Source of the DNA: Deltaproteobacteria bacterium TL4
GTDB taxonomy: Bacteria > SAR324 > NAC60-12
Reading direction: 5' to 3'
Assembly (NCBI GenBank): GCA_051382335.1
Contig: JBBCAX010000325.1
Location: 1-17,139, forward strand
DNA length: 17,139 nt
Of this stretch, positions 1-6,264 are shown piece after piece. Each line of letters opens with the position of its first letter. Position 1 is the first letter of the stretch. A program made the translations under genes and the position numbers. Under the pieces are notes generated by a model that saw only the letters and a program-made list of their open reading frames with translations, searched no databases and was not told where the DNA came from.

Positions 1-105
1 GAAAATGCAGCAAAGATACTTATGCTACGGTCATATTATAAAGCAGGACGATGGAACTTATTGAAACAGTTGGCAAATTCTCATCTCTCAATCTTGAATG
101 CTTAA
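1..105 (+). CDS. C-terminal fragment of a probable IS transposase (ISKra4/ISLre2-like, Mutator-type DDE), running off the left edge
   Basis: Frame +1 is open from base 1 to TAA at 103-105: ENAAKILMLRSYYKAGRWNLLKQLANSHLSILNA*. This resembles the 'xA..(I/M)L.LR....(S/A)GRW' C-terminus I recall for ISKra4/UPF0236-type transposases. It is not in the ORF track because it has no start codon. Confidence 0.55.
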   Translation, partial: ENAAKILMLRSYYKAGRWNLLKQLANSHLSILNA

Positions 106-127
106 CCCGGAAAATGGGAATGCGCCC
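1..127 (+). mobile_element. Right end of a probable insertion sequence; candidate terminal inverted repeat about 108-127
   Basis: CCGGAAAATGGGAATGCGCCC follows the stop codon. Its reverse complement begins GGGCGCATTCCCATTTT, a GGG-initiated end of the kind seen in this IS group. The partner repeat lies outside the window. Confidence 0.45.
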
Positions 128-336
128 ATTTGGGTTGCCCTGACCTATAGGCTCGATTGCTTCAAAGATAAATCGTAGAGCGCATTTTTCTGCGCTGGTC
201 GTTGTAATCACTTCACCCCAAAGAAAGAGATAGAAGTTTTCATTTAAAAGTGTTACGAAAAATTGTAGGGGTGAGTATTCCAATGCTATACGTAGATACT
301 TTGAAACGGGATGGGACGGAGTATTGATATCCAGTT

Positions 337-2058
337 ATGGAGAAAGTAGAGATGACGAAAGAGGAAAAATTAGTTAATACTTATCTGGAAGAGGGGAAAA
401 AACTAATGGACAGCAAGCTTTATGACCGGGCGATGGTTGAGTTTAATAAAGCGTTAGAAGTTGACAGAACCGTGGCTCATAAAGAATTAGGAACAATCTA
501 TCAGGACTGCATGATCCAAGGTAACTTTGAAGGCGTGATTTCTGTAGGTTCCAATATCTTGATCGACTATCCCGAAGAAATTGATCTCGCGAATCTGGTA
601 GGCAACGCCTACCGCAAGATCAATAACCTGGACCAGGCAAGAAAACTCTATGAACATAGTTTGCAGATTGATCCTAAAGCCAAACTGCCTTCTTATAACT
701 TGGCCGCGACCTTGGCACATGTGGACCTGTACGATAATGACGTGGTCCGGGCTATTTCAGAGTTTGAGGGCATGAGGTTTTTCGTGCTTCCTGACAATGA
801 AGCCGGAGAAAACGAACTGCTTGAAATTGAGAAAGATATTCAAGAAGAGTTAACGCAGAAAAAACAGGAAGAGCCTGAGCCAGAAAAACCAACAGCCGAC
901 GCGAAAAAAGGGAAAAAGGAAGACCAGGAAGAAGCGGTTATCAATCCCCAGCACATTTACCCATATATTCGAAACAAAGTCGGCCTACATACACCCCGAG
1001 GCGAACAGCTATTAGTGGCATTAGGGGTCTATTGTCTAAAAAACAAAGCCTCGCATATCTCACAAAAAATCTTTTCAAGCCTGCTGACTTCAAACACTCA
1101 AAATGAGCTGCTCAAAATGCTGTTCATCCTGTCCAAGGTATCTCCGAAAGAAGTAAAGACGGCTATCAATGAACTAAAAAGCCTCTTAAGTAATAATCCT
1201 TATAATCGCTATGTCTGCGTGAATCTTGGCATCCTCTATCAAATGGCAAAGAACCCCATTTTGTCTCGAAAGTATTTTTTACTGGCAAAACAACTACTCG
1301 ACCGTTCTCAAGGATATTACGACATGGCGACTCTTCGCAATTTAGGGGAAAAATTTTTTATTGAAGAAAACTATAAAAAAGCGCTTCCCATTTACGAGGT
1401 ATTTCGAATCGAGCAGGAAAGTCTTGGACTCCTTGACCGGATTGTGCAAAGTCAGCTTCACTTGGAAAATTTTGATGAAGCCCTTGCAACCTTACGCCGG
1501 ATTCAAGAGTTGGAACCTGAGAATACCAAGGCCAAAGAAACCTTGGCAGAAATCCACAAACAGTGTTTGACCCAGGCAAAATATATGAAAGTGGATCGAA
1601 AGTATAGCAAAGCCATTGAATTTCTTGAGCGTAGTTTAAAAATCGAACGGTCTAATGAAGTCTTGGAGCAATTAGTGGATCTTTATCTCAAAAGTGGAGA
1701 CAAGAAAAAAGTTGAAGAGTTAAAAGAGGAAATGCAGGCTCTGGCAGAGGAAAAGAAACAGAAAGAGTTGGAAAAAGAGTATCTGGAAAAATGTCAGGAA
1801 GGCGAATTACTGGAGGCAAAAAAAGATAACTACAAAGCCATCACCGCTTTTGAATCCGCCTTAAGACTCAAACCTGACAAAGAGATTATGTTGAAACTGG
1901 TGAACCTCTTCAAAAAAACCAGGCAAACCAGTATGATTGGAGACTTAACAAAACGCTACAACAACATGATCGACTATCAGCAGCGGATGGAACAGTATAA
2001 AAAAGACGCGGAACGTCGCAAAAAGGCTGAAACCGAGGATGCCCCCAAAGGAACCTGA
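337..2058 (+). CDS. Tetratricopeptide repeat (TPR) protein
   Basis: 573-aa ORF with several TPR-like units: YDRAMVEFNKALEVD, NLVGNAYRKINNLDQARKLYEHSLQIDPK, FDEALATLRRIQELEPEN, YSKAIEFLERSLKIE, YKAITAFESALRLKPD. Highly charged, no TM segment. An alternative ATG at 352 follows GGAG at 339-342. Confidence 0.85.
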   Translation: MEKVEMTKEEKLVNTYLEEGKKLMDSKLYDRAMVEFNKALEVDRTVAHKELGTIYQDCMIQGNFEGVISVGSNILIDYPEEIDLANLVGNAYRKINNLDQARKLYEHSLQIDPKAKLPSYNLAATLAHVDLYDNDVVRAISEFEGMRFFVLPDNEAGENELLEIEKDIQEELTQKKQEEPEPEKPTADAKKGKKEDQEEAVINPQHIYPYIRNKVGLHTPRGEQLLVALGVYCLKNKASHISQKIFSSLLTSNTQNELLKMLFILSKVSPKEVKTAINELKSLLSNNPYNRYVCVNLGILYQMAKNPILSRKYFLLAKQLLDRSQGYYDMATLRNLGEKFFIEENYKKALPIYEVFRIEQESLGLLDRIVQSQLHLENFDEALATLRRIQELEPENTKAKETLAEIHKQCLTQAKYMKVDRKYSKAIEFLERSLKIERSNEVLEQLVDLYLKSGDKKKVEELKEEMQALAEEKKQKELEKEYLEKCQEGELLEAKKDNYKAITAFESALRLKPDKEIMLKLVNLFKKTRQTSMIGDLTKRYNNMIDYQQRMEQYKKDAERRKKAETEDAPKGT

Positions 2059-2135
2059 CCCCCCACCCTGAATGAAATGAATGGCGCTTAGTTCCGTATG
2101 GAATGTACCTCGGAGTACAAAAGTTTGCTTTTGCC

Positions 2136-2163
2136 AGAAAGGCGAAAGCCTTTCTTTGTATTT
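2136..2163 (+). terminator. Probable intrinsic terminator between the convergent TPR and kinase genes
   Basis: Perfect stem AGAAAGGC-GAAA-GCCTTTCT (2136-2155) with a GNRA loop, followed by T-rich TTGTATTT. Confidence 0.55.
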
Positions 2164-2186
2164 GACTATTACATTTGACTATTACA
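2160..2186. repeat. Exact 13-bp tandem duplication
   Basis: ATTTGACTATTAC occurs at 2160-2172 and again at 2173-2185. Confidence 0.85.
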
Positions 2187-2243
2187 AAGCCGGATTTCAA
2201 AGCTTACGGCTTTTTGGCGAAATGAGGACTGTGGCCACAGCAA

Positions 2244-4523
2244 CTAATTGATAAGGGACCGGAGGGTCGTGATGAATTGGGGAAAGTAATTCAAGGTTCT
2301 TGGTAAATTTTCAATATCAAACTTACACGCTTGCGCATGCAGTGTTTCGCCCCATTTTGTTAACGGTGGGTAATGGTACGTCACCCCCAAGTCCTGAATA
2401 CGGGTGGCGAATTTTTGAACATCCCTGATTTTTAAAGCCTCCCCAAGAGCTTCCCATTGGCATGTTTCCAAGTCTAACAGGGAAATTAATTCTGGCAGCT
2501 TTTTTCGGATTTCAGGTTCCAGTGATTGAATCAGTTCTTTTGCCTCATCAAGTTGTATCCGGTCCCTATCACGCTCCTGTCTCTGAGGTTCTTCGTCGGC
2601 AATCGCGGAAGCCACCTCAACCTCTTCCAAAATAACATTGAAACTGGTGGTCACGCCCAATTCTGAAGTCGCAAAGATGTGACCATGCATCATTTCCACT
2701 AACCGTTTGGTGATGGCCAAGCCTAAACCTGTGCCGCCAAACTGCGCATGATCTTGATCTTTGGCTTGTTGAAAGGAGTCAAAGATGATCTCAAGTTGAT
2801 CTTCCGGAATCCCAATACCTGTATCTTCAACGGAAAATATCAGGTTGAGTTTGCGGCGATTTTCTCGAGTATAGTGAGCATGAACGGACAGTTTGATGGA
2901 ACCCTTCTCGGTAAATTTGACGGCATTTCCGATCAGGTTCAGCAAAACCTGACGCAGACGGATTTCATCAAGAAACAGGGATTGAGGAACACTGGGACTG
3001 ATTACAATTTGAAAATCCAGACCTTTCTCATGGATTTTATGCGAGAATATTTGCTTCATTTCCAGAAAAATAGCATGGGGGTCGACGGCTAAATATTTTA
3101 ACTCCAACTTACCGGTCTCCACTTTGGAAAGATCCAGAATATCGTTGATCAAGGTCAAGAGCGATTTACCGCTGGCACGAATGGCTTGGAGATACTCTTT
3201 TTGCTGTTCGTCGGTGACACGTTTTTCCAGGATTTCTGAAAACCCCAGAATAGCATTCATCGGCGTTCGAATTTCATGGCTCATATTCGCTAAAAAGAAA
3301 CTTTTGGCGCGATTAGCCGATTCAGCCGCTTCTTTGGCTTTAAACAACTCTTCCCTTTGTTTTTCCAAGCGTTGAGTTCGTTCAAGAACCAATTCTTCCA
3401 GACTGTCACGATGTTTTCTCAGTTCCTCTTCGACTTTTTTATTTTCCGTAATATCTGAGGTGATCAGCATTAAATAGTTCTGACCGCTTACGGAAAAGGG
3501 GATAAAATCACAATTAAAAAAAACTATTTTCTCAGAAGTAGTTTTCACTTTTGCCACAAGAAGTTGAGGTTTGTTTTCTGTAATTGCCTGTTCCGCTTTC
3601 TCCAAAAAACCATACTTTTTCCAAGCATTCACATGATAGAAATTTCGCTGGAGCACTTGTTCTTTGGTGATACCGATTTGATTTGCCGCCGTCTCATTTG
3701 CCAAAATGCATTGCCCCTGTTTATCATGGATGGTTATTCCAACGCTCAATTCACGTATGATTGTATCCGTAAAGGCTAATGTTTTTTTTAACTCTTCTTC
3801 CGCGTGTTTCCGTGCGGTAACATCTGTTACCATCGCAAGGAGAAAAGATTGTGCTTCAAGCTGCATGGTACGAAGGCGGGTAACTACAGGAAAAGTTTCT
3901 CCATTTTTTTTCAAAGCGGTCCACTCAAATTCACAGAGCTCTCCCTGAGAGGCCAAGCTAATTTTTTGCTGTACTTTCTCCCTTGCGTTAGGGGCATCCG
4001 TCAATTTTCCCATATGCAGTGATAAGAGTTCTTCCTTGGAATAGCCAAATTTTCGGAGACTGGTCTTATTCGCGTCAACAATATCGCCATCCAGGTTATG
4101 AATAAAAATTGCGTCAGGACTGGTATCCATTATTTCCTGAAGATAAGCATTCAACTCTTCATTCATTTTTGTAAAATGCTTTAATTGTTTGATGGAGTTA
4201 TTGTAGATTTCTTCTAATTTATTCCATTCTTGATAAGGGGAGGACAAGGAAACTTCAGACATCGGGTCTTTTTCGATGGTCTTTAAGAAGGTTGTTAAAG
4301 GCGCATAAAAATAGCGTTTGCTCCACAGACCTCTCAGCCCATAGATGAGACAAACGATTGCAATCCAAGTGATGAAATAATTTTGGATGACAGGAAAATG
4401 AATTTCGTGAACATCCAGGAACATCATGCCGAAAATGGCAAATACCATAAAGATCAACAGCAGGTCAATCAATACGGAATGGTGTTTGAGCGTTTTTGTT
4501 CGATTTCTAAAGTTCATATTCAT
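2244..4523 (-). CDS. Membrane-anchored PAS-PAS sensor histidine kinase (2 TM, HAMP-like, PAS, PAS, HisKA, HATPase_c, helical tail; no receiver domain)
   Basis: Two N-terminal hydrophobic segments. PAS motifs (IMDTSPDAIFIHNLDGDIVDAN...FGYSKEELL; KKNGETFPV). H-box FLANMSHEIRTPMNAILG (His416), N-box QVLLNLIGNAVKFT, G1 VEDTGIGI, G2 GGTGLGLAI. The second ATG (4517) has better spacing from the AAAAGGA Shine-Dalgarno. Confidence 0.92.
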   Translation of the reverse strand: MNMNFRNRTKTLKHHSVLIDLLLIFMVFAIFGMMFLDVHEIHFPVIQNYFITWIAIVCLIYGLRGLWSKRYFYAPLTTFLKTIEKDPMSEVSLSSPYQEWNKLEEIYNNSIKQLKHFTKMNEELNAYLQEIMDTSPDAIFIHNLDGDIVDANKTSLRKFGYSKEELLSLHMGKLTDAPNAREKVQQKISLASQGELCEFEWTALKKNGETFPVVTRLRTMQLEAQSFLLAMVTDVTARKHAEEELKKTLAFTDTIIRELSVGITIHDKQGQCILANETAANQIGITKEQVLQRNFYHVNAWKKYGFLEKAEQAITENKPQLLVAKVKTTSEKIVFFNCDFIPFSVSGQNYLMLITSDITENKKVEEELRKHRDSLEELVLERTQRLEKQREELFKAKEAAESANRAKSFFLANMSHEIRTPMNAILGFSEILEKRVTDEQQKEYLQAIRASGKSLLTLINDILDLSKVETGKLELKYLAVDPHAIFLEMKQIFSHKIHEKGLDFQIVISPSVPQSLFLDEIRLRQVLLNLIGNAVKFTEKGSIKLSVHAHYTRENRRKLNLIFSVEDTGIGIPEDQLEIIFDSFQQAKDQDHAQFGGTGLGLAITKRLVEMMHGHIFATSELGVTTSFNVILEEVEVASAIADEEPQRQERDRDRIQLDEAKELIQSLEPEIRKKLPELISLLDLETCQWEALGEALKIRDVQKFATRIQDLGVTYHYPPLTKWGETLHAQACKFDIENLPRTLNYFPQFITTLRSLIN

Positions 4524-4536
4524 GTCCTTTTTACAA

Positions 4537-4584
4537 TAAAAAAACAGGCCCCCGATCTAAGCTCAAAACGTGTTGAGATGGGCG
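4537..4584 (-). terminator. Possible intrinsic terminator or attenuator between cheR and the kinase
   Basis: Minus strand reads GCCCATCT...AGATCGGGGGC followed by CTGTTTTTTT. The stem is imperfect with a long inner segment. Confidence 0.3.
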
Positions 4585-4603
4585 GATAGCCCAACGTTCA
4601 GTA

Positions 4604-5470
4604 TTAAATTTTCTGATAAACCGCGGGTTGGACATAGCGTTCATAAGGATTGTTAATCCGGCTTAAGGATTCCGAATGTCCCACAAACAAATAGCCTCCG
4701 GGAACGGTACACTCATACAAACGGTTTACTAATTTTTCGATGGTTGGCTGATCAAAATAGATCATCACATTCCGACAAAAAATCACATGAAACTTCTTTT
4801 GGAAGGGAAAGTTGACATTCATCAAATTAAACCGTCTAAAGGTGATTTCTGCCCGATATGCCGACTGCACTTCCCATAAATTTTCTGATTTTTTACTAAA
4901 ATACTTCATTTTTAACGCAGGGGCGACCTTGTCCAATTGTGTTTCCTGATAAAGCCCCTGTTTTGCCTTTTCCAGAACAGAAGCCGCGATATCTGTTGCC
5001 AGTAATCCCGCTTTCCATCTTGGATAATCGGCGCCTAAATATTCCATTAGGGTGATGAGCAGTCCATAGGGTTCTTCTCCTGAGGAAGCGGCAGCGCACC
5101 AAAGTCGAAAATCCCATTCCCTTTTTTCTTTTAATTTTCCGATAATTTCAGGCAGAACGCTGGAACGCAAAAATTCGAAGTGTTCATTCTCTCTGAAAAA
5201 ATAGGTATGGTTGGTGGAAACCGCATCCACAAGCTTGATGATTTCTTTACCCGATCGATCCTGGATTAAGTAATCATAGTAGGCCTTGAAGGAATCAAAG
5301 GGACGTCCACGTAATAACTTATTGAGTCGTGATTGGAGGAGTTCCCGTTTTTGATCAGGAAGGCTGATTCCCGCACGGTTATAAATCAGGGTACGCATCA
5401 ACTCGAATTCTTGAACGGAAAGGCTCAAGGACTTTGGCATGAAATTGTCGTTCAAGGATAGATTGCTCAT
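4604..5470 (-). CDS. cheR: Chemotaxis protein-glutamate O-methyltransferase CheR
   Basis: Canonical motifs STNHTYFFRENEHF, RLWCAAASSGEEPY, LLATDI, FHVIFCRNVMIYFD and GGYLFVGHSESL. The N-terminal helical domain (GISL...LQSRL) is present. Confidence 0.97.
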   Translation of the reverse strand: MSNLSLNDNFMPKSLSLSVQEFELMRTLIYNRAGISLPDQKRELLQSRLNKLLRGRPFDSFKAYYDYLIQDRSGKEIIKLVDAVSTNHTYFFRENEHFEFLRSSVLPEIIGKLKEKREWDFRLWCAAASSGEEPYGLLITLMEYLGADYPRWKAGLLATDIAASVLEKAKQGLYQETQLDKVAPALKMKYFSKKSENLWEVQSAYRAEITFRRFNLMNVNFPFQKKFHVIFCRNVMIYFDQPTIEKLVNRLYECTVPGGYLFVGHSESLSRINNPYERYVQPAVYQKI

Positions 5471-5596
5471 GTAATACCAAAAAAATGAATTTGTGGAACT
5501 GACTGAAGGGCTCCCTCTGTATATAATGGATTGTGTAAGAAAGCAGCAAGAGAAAACAATATTGAAGCCGATGGCGTCCTTCTTTTCTTATTCTAC

Positions 5597-5625
5597 TTGC
5601 ACGCTGTCCTTTGAAATGCTAAAGA
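5597..5625 (+). promoter_or_regulatory. Candidate sigma70-type promoter for cheW-mcp
   Basis: TTGCAC (5597-5602), 17-bp spacer, TAAAGA (5620-5625), with a TGn extended -10. It lies about 85 bp upstream of cheW in the divergent cheR/cheW spacer. Confidence 0.3.
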
Positions 5626-5708
5626 CAGACTAATTTTTTTAGAAATGCATCACTACCAGGATACGGAAACACAGGAACACATCAGTTTATCATCGTTGGG
5701 GTCATAAT

Positions 5709-6194
5709 ATGGAGCAAGCAACCCAAAGTGGGATTTCTGACATGGAAGAGGATACACTCACGGGAATGTACCTTACTTTCTGTTTGGACAAACAGAGTTA
5801 TGGATTAGAAATCAGACACATCATTGAAATCATTCGCATGCAGCCCGTTACAGAAGTTCCTGATGTCCCTGAATATGTCATGGGTGTCATTAACTTGAGA
5901 GGGAAGGTTATTCCGGTCATGGACGTTAGAAAGCGTTTCAATATGCCCTACAGGGAGTATACCGAAAGAACCTGTATCATTGTGTTGAGCATTGAGGATT
6001 TGGAAACAGGTTTGTGTGTGGATTATATGGAGGAGGTCACCAATATTCCGGAGTCCCGCATTCAGTCTCTGCCCTCTTCGTCAACGGAACAAGGTGATGC
6101 TCGGCGCTATATAAAAGGCTTAGGCAAACTAGAGCACAAAGTCGTTATCTTGCTGGATGTGAATAAAATTATTTTTATTAAGGAAGCAGAATAA
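5709..6194 (+). CDS. cheW: Chemotaxis coupling protein CheW
   Basis: YLTFCL...YGLEI...EII, VTEVPDVPEYVMGVINLRGKVIPVMDVRKRF, CIIVL, GLCVD and YIKGLGK...ILLDV are all CheW signatures. Confidence 0.97.
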   Translation: MEQATQSGISDMEEDTLTGMYLTFCLDKQSYGLEIRHIIEIIRMQPVTEVPDVPEYVMGVINLRGKVIPVMDVRKRFNMPYREYTERTCIIVLSIEDLETGLCVDYMEEVTNIPESRIQSLPSSSTEQGDARRYIKGLGKLEHKVVILLDVNKIIFIKEAE

Positions 6195-6264
6195 AAGACA
6201 GTTTACTTACACCAGAGCGAGTGAGAACTAAATCAAGACCCCCTAACTTTCAAGAGGAGCAACC

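Noticed and set aside
20..283. 87-aa minus-strand ORF
   Set aside because: No recognisable motif, non-ATG start, and it overlaps the more convincing plus-strand transposase tail and IS end.
2120..2215. c-di-GMP-I riboswitch, suggested by the GAAA tetraloop stem
   Set aside because: It lies between convergent 3' ends, and the conserved GGCAAA/GACGCAAAG elements are not present in the right arrangement.
5547..5574. Possible sigma28 (FliA) promoter CAAG-N16-GCCGATGG upstream of cheW
   Set aside because: Biologically attractive, but the -35 match is weak, the spacing is off and the -10 ends GG rather than AA.
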